Shown piece by piece: positions 38,488 through 48,958 of a stretch of DNA of 64,000 nt. The notes beneath the pieces are model-generated. The model was not told where the DNA came from, searched no databases, and saw only the letters and a program-made list of their open reading frames with translations. Within the stretch, counting starts at the first letter, position 1, and every line of letters starts with the position of its first letter. Source of the DNA: Candidatus Poribacteria bacterium (GTDB lineage: Bacteria > Poribacteria > WGA-4E > WGA-3G); assembly GCA_965205015.1 (NCBI GenBank), contig OZ242029.1:839937-903936 (forward strand). Direction: 5' to 3'. Made by a program: the position numbers and the translations under genes.

Positions 38488-39720
38488 ATGGAACATGAAA
38501 TTCAAGCAACCGACGACCGTAGCTTATCGGCACTGAAACGGCGTGCGACAGAAAAAAGAATCATTATTGCGGGCGGCGGGACAGGCGGGCATATCTATCC
38601 CGCTATTGGTATCGCCCAAGCACTGCAACGCTTAGATGCTGCCGTCGACATTGCATTCATTGGCGGTGCGGACAAGTTGGAAGCAACGCTTGTACCACAA
38701 CACGGATTCCGTTTCCTGCCTATTTCGGTTGCGGGGCTTCCGCGTCGCCTCACTTTACAGTGGCTACCAACCCTTTGGAAGGCGTCTCATGGACTTATTC
38801 AGTCATTACGATATATGAAGGCGTTGAAACCAGACATTGTTATAGGAACGGGCGGATATGTTTCGGGTCCGGTTCTGTTAGCCGGTCTTCTGTGCCGGAT
38901 TCCAATTGCGATCCAAGAACAAAATGCTTCTGTTGGCTTAACGAACAGTATATTGGCACGATGGGCGGATGCCGCCTACCTTGCCATGGAATCGGTTCGC
39001 GAGCACAATTCGTTCCGACGCACCACACGCATAGAGATTACAGGAAATCCGATTCGTCCTGCAATTGCTGCATTCCCGAGGTGCGAAGAAACCTATAGAA
39101 GATTCGGGTTGTACCCAGAGCGAAAAACTATTTTTGTGATGGGGGGAAGCCAAGGAGCTCACGCTATCAATGAAGCGATTGTTGCTGCGCTGCCACACTT
39201 CGTCGAATATGCCGATCAAATCCAGATAGTTCATCAAACGGGGGCAATGGAAGTAGACAAGGTTCAAGACGCGTATGATCGGATCCTCGCGCCGCATCGA
39301 ACCGCCAACTCGACTCCCAGACAAGACAGCAAAGCACGAGTTGGAGGTTCGGGATTCCTATACTGTGTCAAACCTTTCTTTGAGACTGTTGAAGAAATCT
39401 ATAGCATCGCGGACATCATGGTGTGCAGAGCAGGCGGAATGACGATTGCTGAGGTCACTGCATGCGGCATCCCGGCAATCTTTATACCCTTACCCTCGCA
39501 AACCGGAAATAATCAGGTACTAAACGCTCACACCGTTGCAGAAGCAGGCGCGGCTGTTGTCCTTGAACAAGGCACTTTCACAGTAGAGACATTGGTTAAA
39601 AACCTAACGAATATGATCTTGGACGAAAATAGACACGAACGAATGGTAACCGCAAGTCGAGCACTTGGCAAACCAAATGCCAGCGATGACATTGCCAAGT
39701 CGATTTTTTTAATTTTTTAA
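38488..39720 (+). CDS. murG: Undecaprenyldiphospho-muramoylpentapeptide beta-N-acetylglucosaminyltransferase.
   Basis: 'IIIAGGGTGGHIYPAIGIAQAL'. 410 aa (some insertions). Confidence 0.85.
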   Translation: MEHEIQATDDRSLSALKRRATEKRIIIAGGGTGGHIYPAIGIAQALQRLDAAVDIAFIGGADKLEATLVPQHGFRFLPISVAGLPRRLTLQWLPTLWKASHGLIQSLRYMKALKPDIVIGTGGYVSGPVLLAGLLCRIPIAIQEQNASVGLTNSILARWADAAYLAMESVREHNSFRRTTRIEITGNPIRPAIAAFPRCEETYRRFGLYPERKTIFVMGGSQGAHAINEAIVAALPHFVEYADQIQIVHQTGAMEVDKVQDAYDRILAPHRTANSTPRQDSKARVGGSGFLYCVKPFFETVEEIYSIADIMVCRAGGMTIAEVTACGIPAIFIPLPSQTGNNQVLNAHTVAEAGAAVVLEQGTFTVETLVKNLTNMILDENRHERMVTASRALGKPNASDDIAKSIFLIF

Positions 39721-39771
39721 TTTTACCTTGCGGAGAAATAACGGACGTTATAACTATCGGATGCGTTCCTT

Positions 39772-39854
39772 AAATCCGCCCTCCATTACATTACGGGCTA
39801 CAGTTCGAAAATTAACTTAAGACAGCAGCCTGCAACAACGGCGCAGGCGGATTT
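39772..39854. other. Intergenic (murG-murC) region with a long-range 9-bp inverted repeat enclosing internal hairpins. Candidate structured RNA or regulatory element.
   Basis: 'aaatccgcc' 39772-80 pairs with 'ggcggattt' 39846-54. The internal stem is 'gcctgc aacaacggc gcaggc'. Confidence 0.35.
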
Positions 39855-39912
39855 GAGAAAAAACCGTCAATAAACCAATTGCCTGATTTAACGCCTTGCG
39901 AATAATTAAAAA

Positions 39913-41277
39913 ATGTTTGGAAAAACACGACATATCCATATTATCGGCATCGGTGGCGCTGGCTTAAGCGGCATCACTGAAATCCTGCTGGACCTCGGAT
40001 TCCACGTAACAGGCTCCGATATCCGCAAGTCATATACGACGGAACACCTGCGTGGACGCGGAGCAACCATCTATTATGAGCATGCAGCATCACACATACA
40101 GGGTGCTGATGTCGTCGTTATGTCTCCGGCTATTCCACCTGATAATCCAGAACTTCTCGCTGCAGAAACGCAAAAAATTCCAATCGTCAGAGGCGCAGAG
40201 ATGCTAAATGAAATTACGCGCATGCGCTATAGCGTGGCTGTCAGCGGAACACATGGAAAAACAACGACAACCGCCATGACTGCGACAGTCCTTGCCAGTC
40301 TTGATCCAACGGTCGTTGTAGGTGGGAAACTTATGAATGGCAGCCATGCTCGAAGCGGCGAAGGTGACGTTATGGTCGTCGAAGCGGACGAGGCATATGG
40401 CTCTATTGAGATGTTTTATCCCACTGTTGCTGTTGTTACGTCAGTCGATGCCGACCATCTGGATTATTACAATAGCGTTGATGAGATTGGTGAAACTTTC
40501 CTCAAATTTATCAATAAGGTCCCGTTTTATGGCATCGCAGTTCTCTGCTTAGATGCTGAAAATATTCAGAGGTTTATCCCGCGGATTAAAAAGCGTTATA
40601 TTACTTATGGACTCGAAACGCGAGCGGATTTGACGGCTGAAGGCATTACTGTAGAAGGTCCGACCTCTCGGTACCGAGTTCGCAAAAATGGACACCTCTA
40701 TGGCGAAATTCACCTTAAAATGCCGGGGCGCCATAATATTTCTAACTCTTTGGCAGCGATAGCCGTTGGACTTGAACTTGATATTCCGTTCGATCAAATC
40801 CGGGAGCGACTTGAGTCATTTCAGGGAGTCCACCGCCGATTTGAAATACTTGGTGAAGCCAACAACATTATTGTCGTTGACGATTACGCACATAATCCAG
40901 CGAAGTTGAAAGCCGCATTGAGCGGGGCGCGCGACGGTTATACACGTCGTATCGTCGCCGTCTTTCAACCGCATCGATACCAGCGTGTCAGAGATTTAGC
41001 AGATGAGTTTTCTCGCGCTTTCTATCAAGCAGATGTCCTCATTGTTACCTCAATCTATGGGGCTGGTGAGGAACCTATTGAAAACGTTACGGCTGAAAAA
41101 CTGGTAGAAGCGATACAATCACACGGACATCGTCAGGTCTTCTATGTACCAGACGCAGATAAAATTACAGATGTTTTGATGAAAATAACACAACCAGAAG
41201 ATATCGTCATTACGCTGGGCGCCGGAGACATCAGTAAAGTAGGACATGAGTTCCTAAAGAGACTTCAGGCAGAATAG
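39913..41277 (+). CDS. murC: UDP-N-acetylmuramate--L-alanine ligase.
   Basis: 'IHIIGIGGAGLSGITEILLDLGFHVTGSD', 'VSGTHGKTTTTAM'. 454 aa. Confidence 0.9.
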   Translation: MFGKTRHIHIIGIGGAGLSGITEILLDLGFHVTGSDIRKSYTTEHLRGRGATIYYEHAASHIQGADVVVMSPAIPPDNPELLAAETQKIPIVRGAEMLNEITRMRYSVAVSGTHGKTTTTAMTATVLASLDPTVVVGGKLMNGSHARSGEGDVMVVEADEAYGSIEMFYPTVAVVTSVDADHLDYYNSVDEIGETFLKFINKVPFYGIAVLCLDAENIQRFIPRIKKRYITYGLETRADLTAEGITVEGPTSRYRVRKNGHLYGEIHLKMPGRHNISNSLAAIAVGLELDIPFDQIRERLESFQGVHRRFEILGEANNIIVVDDYAHNPAKLKAALSGARDGYTRRIVAVFQPHRYQRVRDLADEFSRAFYQADVLIVTSIYGAGEEPIENVTAEKLVEAIQSHGHRQVFYVPDADKITDVLMKITQPEDIVITLGAGDISKVGHEFLKRLQAE

Positions 41278-41350
41278 CCATCAGAGGTCAGTGCTCCGTC
41301 AGACAACCTCTTTGCCGAAAACCGATGGCTGATAACTGAAAGCCATTAGG

Positions 41351-42376
41351 ATGTGGATTCAATTGACTGCAAATCAACGACTCACCCTTATAGGTACAAG
41401 AGAAGCCGGAAGAAGGTCTTCGGTCTTTGGGAAAAAAAAGCGTAATGAATACACCCGGCAGACTTCAATGCCTGCGCAACGGCTTGGTAAACACCCCAAC
41501 GCCAAAATATACATGTGGCGGCGTATCATTCTCGTCATCGCGGTTCTGGTTACTTTATCGTTCGCAGGAAAAATAGTTCTCGGTTTTTTTAGTGCCGAAT
41601 ACGTTTCACTTGAAGTTTCAGGGAATATGCACTATACTGATGTACAAATCTATGATGTATTAGGTGAGAAGTTAGAAAATATCGTCACAGATTCCGAAGA
41701 ACAAACAGCTGACTACCTAAAGGAAAGTTTAAGTTACATTAGAGAAGCACACGTCGTTAAACATGTAATGAAGCGGGTACTCACCATCGAAGTCACTGAA
41801 CGTGAGCCTTTCGCTCTCCTGAGGTTCAGTAACGCTTCGCAAGCGGATATACCGAAGGTACAAACATTAGGGAATCAACCATCTGTCGTAAGCGCGTTAC
41901 GCAATGGTGATATTTCGTTTTTTCTGGTAGATAGTGAAGGACATGTGTTAAAAAATATAGAGGTTAGAGAAACAGGTCAATGGAGATCCGAAGGACTTGA
42001 AGAAATGGTCATACTTCCGGTAGTAAGTAATGAACTACCGAGAATTGGTACTCCCTTTCAAAGCAGCGAGGTTAAATTAGGATTAGAGATTTTAAAGACT
42101 GCCTTACTTCAGGAACCAGCACTTGCGGCACAAATACAGATTATTGATGCAAGTGACTTCCAAAAAATTAAACTACAGATTGATGCCCTGCCTATACCAA
42201 TATGGCTCGCTGGAGATGCCATTGAATCCGGGCTTCATCACACCGCCCTGCTTTTAAAACAGCAAAAAACTCGGATCCTTGAACTTATTGGTGAGATTCC
42301 GAGTGCAAGAAAGCCATATCTTGACGTAAGGTACCAAGACACACTCTACTTGGGGGGGTACACCGCAGGCAAGTAG
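41351..42376 (+). CDS. ftsQ: Cell division protein FtsQ/DivIB-like (POTRA domain).
   Basis: TM 'IILVIAVLVTLSFAG', POTRA-like 'VSLEVSGNMHYTDVQIYDVLG'. Sits between murC and ftsA. The true start may be an internal ATG (MWRRIIL). Confidence 0.6.
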   Translation: MWIQLTANQRLTLIGTREAGRRSSVFGKKKRNEYTRQTSMPAQRLGKHPNAKIYMWRRIILVIAVLVTLSFAGKIVLGFFSAEYVSLEVSGNMHYTDVQIYDVLGEKLENIVTDSEEQTADYLKESLSYIREAHVVKHVMKRVLTIEVTEREPFALLRFSNASQADIPKVQTLGNQPSVVSALRNGDISFFLVDSEGHVLKNIEVRETGQWRSEGLEEMVILPVVSNELPRIGTPFQSSEVKLGLEILKTALLQEPALAAQIQIIDASDFQKIKLQIDALPIPIWLAGDAIESGLHHTALLLKQQKTRILELIGEIPSARKPYLDVRYQDTLYLGGYTAGK

Positions 42377-42439
42377 CTCTATCCTTATAGCACCTAACGG
42401 TTTCTCTTGATATTTGAAGAAGGAGGTGAAAATATTTAA

Positions 42440-43666
42440 ATGCCAAAACAAAATATTATCGCCGGACTTGATATCGGTTCGAGCAAAATTTCAGTAGTTG
42501 TTGGGAATACACTGCACGGAAACGTCCCCAAAATAGGAATTATCGGCGTCGGTCATGCCGCCTCGGAAGGCCTTCGGAGAGGCGTTGTCGTTGACATCAA
42601 CCAAACAGCCGAGGCTATTCGTAAAGCCATCTCCAGTGCTGAATTAATGGCAGGTGTAAAAATAGACTCCGTCTGCGTTGGTATTTCCGGTGAACATGTT
42701 ATTGGGCAAACGTCCCATGGGGTTGTCTCTGTGGCAAATACCGAGATTTCGCAGGACGATGTTGACCGAGCGATGATAGCTGCAAAGGCAATCTCTATTC
42801 CCGCAGACAGGGAAATACTGCACGTCATTCAACAGAATTTCGTCGTTGATGCCCAGAGTCGTATTCGGGAACCTGTCGGTATGTCAGGCGCGCGTCTTGA
42901 AGCTTACGCCTACATCATTACAGGCGGCACAACGGCTATTCAGAATTTGCTCAATAGTATCGAAAAAGCGGGCGTGCCCATCGTTGAAACGCTTGTTGCT
43001 GCACCCCTCGCAGCAACACAAGCTACCATTTCAAAGGATGAGCGTGAAGTCGGTATCGCACTCGTTGATATTGGTGATGGAACAACTGAAATTATCGTCT
43101 ACAAAGAAGATTCTATCGGACATACAGCAGTAATTCCTGTTGGCGGACAGCACGTTACCAACGACATTGCGCAATACTTAAAAGTTACCCTTCCAGAAGC
43201 GGAGGCACTTAAACTTCACCGCGGTTGTGCTTGGACAGAATTAATTGATCCTGACGAAGTTAGATCCATCCCAGTCGCGAGCGACTCAACGCCACCACGC
43301 TTCATCGACCGGATTGAACTCGCCCAAATTATTGAGTACCGCATGGCTGAAATCTTGGACGCAATCGGTGACGAATTAGGGGATATTCCACTGCCAGGGG
43401 GTCTTGTACTCACTGGGGGTACCGCGCTTATGGACGGTTTGCAAGAACTCGCTGAGGCTATGCTCCAATTGCGCGTCCAGATCGGATACCCGCGTGGCTT
43501 GCAAGGCTTGACAGACCGAGTGAATCATCCGATGTACTCGACAGGCATAGGACTCGCTCTTTACGGTGAGACGCTGCGGCAGTTAGAACGTGAACACAAC
43601 ACACGTCAGGGCGGGAACGCCTTTGGATCATTCCTGCAGCGGGTCAAGGAATGGTTTGGATATTAA
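42440..43666 (+). CDS. ftsA: Cell division protein FtsA.
   Basis: 'IIAGLDIGSSKISVVVG', actin-like fold motifs. 408 aa. Confidence 0.9.
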   Translation: MPKQNIIAGLDIGSSKISVVVGNTLHGNVPKIGIIGVGHAASEGLRRGVVVDINQTAEAIRKAISSAELMAGVKIDSVCVGISGEHVIGQTSHGVVSVANTEISQDDVDRAMIAAKAISIPADREILHVIQQNFVVDAQSRIREPVGMSGARLEAYAYIITGGTTAIQNLLNSIEKAGVPIVETLVAAPLAATQATISKDEREVGIALVDIGDGTTEIIVYKEDSIGHTAVIPVGGQHVTNDIAQYLKVTLPEAEALKLHRGCAWTELIDPDEVRSIPVASDSTPPRFIDRIELAQIIEYRMAEILDAIGDELGDIPLPGGLVLTGGTALMDGLQELAEAMLQLRVQIGYPRGLQGLTDRVNHPMYSTGIGLALYGETLRQLEREHNTRQGGNAFGSFLQRVKEWFGY

Positions 43667-43723
43667 GGGGCCTCCCGATTATCTAAGAGGACGAATCCAC
43701 TTATGCCAAACTTGCCGTAACGC

Positions 43724-43752
43724 TTGACTTAATCTTGCTAATAGCGTATAAT
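43724..43752 (+). promoter_or_regulatory. Consensus sigma70-type promoter (TTGACT-17-TATAAT) upstream of ftsZ.
   Basis: TTGACT 43724-43729, 17-nt spacer, TATAAT 43747-43752. A second TATAAT lies at about 43814. Confidence 0.6.
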
Positions 43753-43869
43753 TTAATGTGAAAAAGCAAATTCATGAAAGTTAATAAGGAACCTCGGTCC
43801 GGAGATCGAGGCTATAATGATAGGAGGAATTAGGTTGCTGTGCCATTGTTATAGTAACCGAAATCCAAA

Positions 43870-45174
43870 ATGATAGAATTTGAACAGGAAGAATTTGAAA
43901 GTTTACGCGCCAAAATTAAAGTCATTGGAGTCGGTGGAGCAGGGGGAAACGCTGTCAAACGCATGATTGAGGCGGGACTTACCGGCATAGAATTTTATGC
44001 TGTCAATACAGATCAACAAGCACTCGTGACCTGTCTTGGCGCGACGCAAATCCAGATTGGCGTTAACACGACGGAAGGCTTAGGTTCCGGTGCCAACCCC
44101 GACATTGGCAGAAAAGCCGCCGAAGAAGACAGGGAACATCTCCAAACGATTGTAGAAAACGCAAATATGGTCTTCATCACCGCAGGTATGGGCGGTGGAA
44201 CTGGCACCGGCGCAGCCCCACTCATTGCTACACAAGCAAAAGAACGCGGGGCACTTACGATCGGGGTCGTAACACGTCCTTTCAACTTTGAAGGACAACG
44301 TCGCGCAGACACCGCCGAGGCAGGCCTTGAGGAACTTCGAGATGCTGCTGACTCTGTAATTGTCGTACCAAACCAGCGACTCATCGATACCATGGACAGG
44401 AAACTTCCAATCCGAGACGCTTTTCGCATGGGAGACCAGATTCTCTTACACGGTGTTAAAAGCATATCCGACATCGTTACGGAATCCGGCGAAATTAATG
44501 TTGACTTTGCCGACGTTGAATCGATTATGCGAAACGCAGGAAGCGCATTGATGGGCATGGGGCACGCGACAGGAGACAACCGGGCTCAAATTGCCGCGGA
44601 ACAAGCGATCAGCTCACCCCTTCTTGAGCAAACTAACATCGCTGGCGCCGTTGGTATGATTGTGAACATAACCGCCCCCCCCGATTTCATGATGCACGAA
44701 CTCGATGACGCTATGGGTGTCATTCAGGATACAGCGCCCGATGCACAAATTATTTTTGGACTTGTTTATAAAGATGAATTGGAACTCGGTGATGAAGTCC
44801 TGGTGACGGTCATTGCAACCGGATTTGATACTGTTGGGGCGGAAGGCTACGGCATCGACAACAGAAGCACATCCGCACGATATGCTGACCCAGACACCTA
44901 TCAAAGGCAGCCCCAGGCTCCTTCGGAACAGCGGTCATCAAGGCCAAGCAGAGTACGACAGAATATTGCCGGGACGCCATCCGATAGCCCCAGGATTCCG
45001 GGTCGTCGGCAAAGGGGAACCAAGGTCGAACCTCCCGTAGAGGAGGAGAAGGCACCGCCAAAGAACCAACAGAAACCCACTCGAGGAAGAGAGCAAGGCT
45101 CGCAACAGCGTGAAACGGATTGGGAAATTCCGGCTTTCCTGCGCGTTCAAAAAAGACGTGGGAATAAAACCTGA
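43870..45174 (+). CDS. ftsZ: Cell division GTPase FtsZ.
   Basis: 'IKVIGVGGAGGNAVKRMI', tubulin signature 'GGGTGTGAAP'. C-terminal Pro/Gln/Arg-rich linker. 434 aa. Confidence 0.95.
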   Translation: MIEFEQEEFESLRAKIKVIGVGGAGGNAVKRMIEAGLTGIEFYAVNTDQQALVTCLGATQIQIGVNTTEGLGSGANPDIGRKAAEEDREHLQTIVENANMVFITAGMGGGTGTGAAPLIATQAKERGALTIGVVTRPFNFEGQRRADTAEAGLEELRDAADSVIVVPNQRLIDTMDRKLPIRDAFRMGDQILLHGVKSISDIVTESGEINVDFADVESIMRNAGSALMGMGHATGDNRAQIAAEQAISSPLLEQTNIAGAVGMIVNITAPPDFMMHELDDAMGVIQDTAPDAQIIFGLVYKDELELGDEVLVTVIATGFDTVGAEGYGIDNRSTSARYADPDTYQRQPQAPSEQRSSRPSRVRQNIAGTPSDSPRIPGRRQRGTKVEPPVEEEKAPPKNQQKPTRGREQGSQQRETDWEIPAFLRVQKRRGNKT

Positions 45175-45181
45175 GGCAACA

Positions 45182-46951
45182 GTGAACCTACATCAACATT
45201 ATCAACACTTGCGCAGTGAGGAACACGGCGCACATCATAACTTCAGAAAACCCAACAAATTCGCGCTTGTCTATCCAAGCACGTATGCTCTTGGTATGTC
45301 GAGTCTCGGTGTTCAAGTTATGTACGCAACGCTTAACAACCGCCCGGATACCGCTTGCGAACGGGTTTTTATTCCCGAGCCTGACTATCTGCGTAAACTT
45401 GCCTCCCAAAAAAAGGCGCTTTTCTCGTTTGAAACGCAGACCCCTTTGAACCAATTTGACATCATCGGGTTCTCAGTCTCCTTCGAATCAGATTATGTGA
45501 ACATTCCTCGCACGTTAGCGTTGGCGAACATTCCACCGCTTGCGTCGGAAGCACGCCATCACGATGATCGGGATCGCGGGACCTCCAAAGAAACACGAAC
45601 GGAATGGGATCCGCTCGTCATCGCGGGTGGCATCAATATTTCCTATAACCCAGAACCGATCGCCGATTTCGTTGATGTGTTCGTCATTGGAGAAGCCGAA
45701 CTCGTCATCCACCAACTCATGGCGCATTTCAACGAGTGGAAAAGATCCGGCGCACCGAAGCGTGAATTGCTTGAAACCCTCGCAACTGTGCCAGGGCTTT
45801 ACGTACCACATTTTTACGACGTCAGCTATCGCGAGGATGGTACGATTGATGCCGTCTCCCCAAAGTCCAGTATATCGCCTCAGATTCGCGCAGGAGCCGT
45901 TCCAAGACTTGATGATGTCGAAACCTGTACGCACATCCACACCCCCAATACCGAATTCGCAAATGCACATCTCATTGAAATCGTGCGCGGGTGCGGTCGG
46001 CAGTGCCGTTTCTGTGTCGCAGATTATGCCCGTCGATGGCCGAGACACCGCTCTGTAGAGAGTACGCTCGCGCTTGCGGAACGCGCACGCGGCATTACAG
46101 ATAGAATAGGACTTGTCGGTGCCTCTATCTCCGACCATCCACACATCGATGAAATTGCTACAGGTCTCGTCGAACGTGGCTTTCGCATCTCTTGTGCTTC
46201 ACTCCGCGCCGAAACCGTTCGAACGCCGCTCCTCGACGCACTTGCAGACAGCGACCAAGGCACCATCACTATTGCGCCAGAGGTTGCGACTGAAGAACTT
46301 CAAAAGGTTGTTAATAAAGCGATTCCACGGGAACGCCTCTACTCTGTTTTTGAAGAAGCATTGAAACGTGATATCCTCAACCTGCGTTTATACTTCCTCA
46401 TCGGTGTCCCACATGAAACACCAGCAGACGTGGAAGCGATTGTTGATATGGCAAAGGAGATGCGAACGATACTGCTCCCGCATGCCAAACGAACCGGAAA
46501 AATCGCGCGCATCAACTTTACCATTTCACCCATGGTGCCAAAACCCCATACCCCTTTCCAGTGGGTAGCGATGGAACCCCCGAAAATCATCTCCCGAAAA
46601 CTTGATTTCCTGAAACGCGAAATTAATCGGCTTGGCAGCATAAAAGTTGGCTCCGCCAGTGCCAGACTCGCACACCAAGAAGCCGTTTTCGCACGCGGCG
46701 ACCGGCGACTTGGAAAAGTTATCCTTGACCTCGCACACGGGGTCCCATGGAACCAAGCCTTCCGGAATCATGAATTAATCCCACATTTTTACGCAACACG
46801 GCAACGTCCACTGCATGAAGTCAATCCATGGGACCACATCGACCTCAACGTTAAACCGCAATTCCTACAACTTGAGTTCCACAAGCACGAAAAAGGGTTC
46901 ACGACCAGCGAATGCGATACGACCGTCTGTAAAAAGTGTGGGGCTTGCTAA
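45182..46951 (+). CDS. Radical SAM protein with an N-terminal B12-binding-like domain (TIGR03960-like).
   Basis: 'RGCGRQCRFC' CxxxCxxC cluster, with a C-terminal Cys-rich tail. Likely start is GTG 45182 (RBS GAGG 45174-77) immediately after the ftsZ stop. The track ORF starts at 45110. Confidence 0.6.
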   Translation: MNLHQHYQHLRSEEHGAHHNFRKPNKFALVYPSTYALGMSSLGVQVMYATLNNRPDTACERVFIPEPDYLRKLASQKKALFSFETQTPLNQFDIIGFSVSFESDYVNIPRTLALANIPPLASEARHHDDRDRGTSKETRTEWDPLVIAGGINISYNPEPIADFVDVFVIGEAELVIHQLMAHFNEWKRSGAPKRELLETLATVPGLYVPHFYDVSYREDGTIDAVSPKSSISPQIRAGAVPRLDDVETCTHIHTPNTEFANAHLIEIVRGCGRQCRFCVADYARRWPRHRSVESTLALAERARGITDRIGLVGASISDHPHIDEIATGLVERGFRISCASLRAETVRTPLLDALADSDQGTITIAPEVATEELQKVVNKAIPRERLYSVFEEALKRDILNLRLYFLIGVPHETPADVEAIVDMAKEMRTILLPHAKRTGKIARINFTISPMVPKPHTPFQWVAMEPPKIISRKLDFLKREINRLGSIKVGSASARLAHQEAVFARGDRRLGKVILDLAHGVPWNQAFRNHELIPHFYATRQRPLHEVNPWDHIDLNVKPQFLQLEFHKHEKGFTTSECDTTVCKKCGAC

Positions 46952-46966
46952 AAGGAGGAATCTACA

Positions 46967-47743
46967 GTGCTTAAATTTGGAAAATTTATAGGCGGACTCG
47001 TCGCAATATGCGCCCTGTTTACCTTTACGATACCTTCGCATGCTGGGTTAGATGACAAATCCCTCGTCTTATACCTCTCTTTTGACGAAGGAAAGGGAGC
47101 GAAAACCGCAGATGGTTCTATACATGGTCATGATGGCGAATTTGTCCAAAATCCCAAATGGGTAGATGGGCAGTTCGGTAAAGCATTGGAATTCGATGGG
47201 ACCAAGGGAGACCATGTCATCGTGCCTATCAATGACACTTTACAGCTCAGAGAACAGTTCTCTGTCGCTTTTTGGGTGAAACGTGGCAAAGCCCAAATTC
47301 GGGATTGGAATTACATGGTCGCAGCCGGCTCCTTGAAATGGGCAACAATTTTTAAGAATGGCGGCAGTATGACCTATTTCTGGTCGACATCTGGCGGCGC
47401 TTGGGCACAGAAAGCCGTCAGTAAGGACATTCAACCCGAAGACTGGGTGCACATGGTGGTCACACATGATACCAAATCAAAAGTGGTCATCTACAACGAC
47501 GGAAAAGAAGCCGGCGGTGGAGCGAAACCGCCACCTGTTGATGAAATTGACGGTTCGATTATGGTCGGTGCCCGCCACCCCGGTCAAGAATTTTTCACCG
47601 GTACCATCGACGAAGTGTTTCTCTTTAATCGAATCATCACGCAAGCGGAAATCGATGACATTATGAATGGCGATTTCCTGCCAGTGGAACCCGCAGAGAA
47701 ACTCGCGACGACATGGGGTAGCATTAAAGCCGATCGCGATTAG
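46967..47743 (+). CDS. Secreted LamG-like (concanavalin A-like lectin/glucanase, Laminin_G_3) domain protein.
   Basis: Signal peptide. 'LVLYLSFDEG...ALEFDGTKGDHVIVP...FSVAFWVK...GTIDEVFLFNRIITQAEIDDI'. Paralog at 57700..58449. Confidence 0.65.
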   Translation: MLKFGKFIGGLVAICALFTFTIPSHAGLDDKSLVLYLSFDEGKGAKTADGSIHGHDGEFVQNPKWVDGQFGKALEFDGTKGDHVIVPINDTLQLREQFSVAFWVKRGKAQIRDWNYMVAAGSLKWATIFKNGGSMTYFWSTSGGAWAQKAVSKDIQPEDWVHMVVTHDTKSKVVIYNDGKEAGGGAKPPPVDEIDGSIMVGARHPGQEFFTGTIDEVFLFNRIITQAEIDDIMNGDFLPVEPAEKLATTWGSIKADRD

Positions 47744-47797
47744 AAATACGCTTGACAAGGGCGGTCCCAACGCCGCCCTTACACCAGAGAGAAGCGT

Positions 47798-48958
47798 ATG
47801 CTGAAATATCTCGCTATATTCATCCTCTGCAACACTTTTATAAATATCACTTTCTCCGATTCTTCACTCGCTGAAAAGCATTATAAAGATGCCACCACCT
47901 ACCACAATCTCGAAGAATTTGAGCAAGCCATTGCCGAATACAGACAAGCCCTCGCGCTTAATCCAAATTCCCCCATCATCTACAACAGACTCGGTGTCGC
48001 ATATTCCGAACTGAAGCAATACGATGCCGCACTTGATGCCTATCAGAGAGCACTCGTGTTGTCTCCCATGACGGCTGAACCGCACTATAACATGGGACTG
48101 GTTTACCTCAAGCAAGGCGATCTTCCACGTGCCCTCAAGGCGTTTAAGCGCGCGACCACTATGAATACAGAGTGGGGTGAGGCGTATACCGGACTCGGCG
48201 AAGTCTACTTGAAGCAAGGTGATTTCGGACAAGCCATCCACGCCTATAAACAAGCCACCCGTCTCAATCCAAACGGAAATCCGAGTGCCATTTTGGGATT
48301 AGGTAAGGTTTATGCAAGGCAGGAACGGTGGGATGAGGCAATCACCGCCGTTGAGAAGGTAATCGAAATCCAAGGAGATAACACAGAAGCGCATTATCAA
48401 CTCGCCCAAATTTATATCAAACGCGGCGAAAAGAAAAAAGCCGCCGCAGCGATGGCGTTCTTCAAAACCCTTCGTCAAACAGACCCACTCCTCAAAGAAG
48501 CCGAAGTATGGGTCAAAAGACATCCGAATGACGCAAGAGGCTATAACAATCTCGGTATCGTTTATCTTGCTCGTCGTCGTTCTGAGGACGCAATTGCAAG
48601 CTACAAACGCGCTATTTCCCTTGTCCCCGATTTAGCCACTGCACACTACAATTTAGGGCACGCCTACCATAAGCAAGGAAAAATGAATCTCGCTATCGCG
48701 GCTTACAAACAAGCACTCACCATCGATACGACCCTCGCGATTGCGCATAATAACGTCGCTGTCTGCTACATAGAATCGGGGATAGATGTGAACCAAGCAC
48801 TCTCTCATGCCCGAACCGCTGTTCGCCTTGTCCCGACTGAAGCGAACTATTGGGATACGCTCGCCCAAGTTTGCACCGTTCTTGGATTGGAAAACGAGGC
48901 GCAACACGCACGTGCCCGTTCGATAAAAGGGCAGAAAGGGTATTCCCAAAAAGAATGA
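47798..48958 (+). CDS. Tetratricopeptide (TPR) repeat protein, secreted.
   Basis: Multiple 34-aa TPR units ('AIAEYRQALALNPNSPIIYNRLGVAY...'). Confidence 0.8.
   Translation: MLKYLAIFILCNTFINITFSDSSLAEKHYKDATTYHNLEEFEQAIAEYRQALALNPNSPIIYNRLGVAYSELKQYDAALDAYQRALVLSPMTAEPHYNMGLVYLKQGDLPRALKAFKRATTMNTEWGEAYTGLGEVYLKQGDFGQAIHAYKQATRLNPNGNPSAILGLGKVYARQERWDEAITAVEKVIEIQGDNTEAHYQLAQIYIKRGEKKKAAAAMAFFKTLRQTDPLLKEAEVWVKRHPNDARGYNNLGIVYLARRRSEDAIASYKRAISLVPDLATAHYNLGHAYHKQGKMNLAIAAYKQALTIDTTLAIAHNNVAVCYIESGIDVNQALSHARTAVRLVPTEANYWDTLAQVCTVLGLENEAQHARARSIKGQKGYSQKE

Noticed and set aside
44013-44579. 188-aa minus-strand ORF
   Set aside because: Antisense to ftsZ. Ala/Pro/Ser-rich composition is typical of reverse-frame artefacts.
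45515-46144. 209-aa minus-strand ORF and 172-aa plus-strand ORF (45540..46058)
   Set aside because: Both are inside or antisense to the radical SAM gene, in the wrong frame. No motifs.
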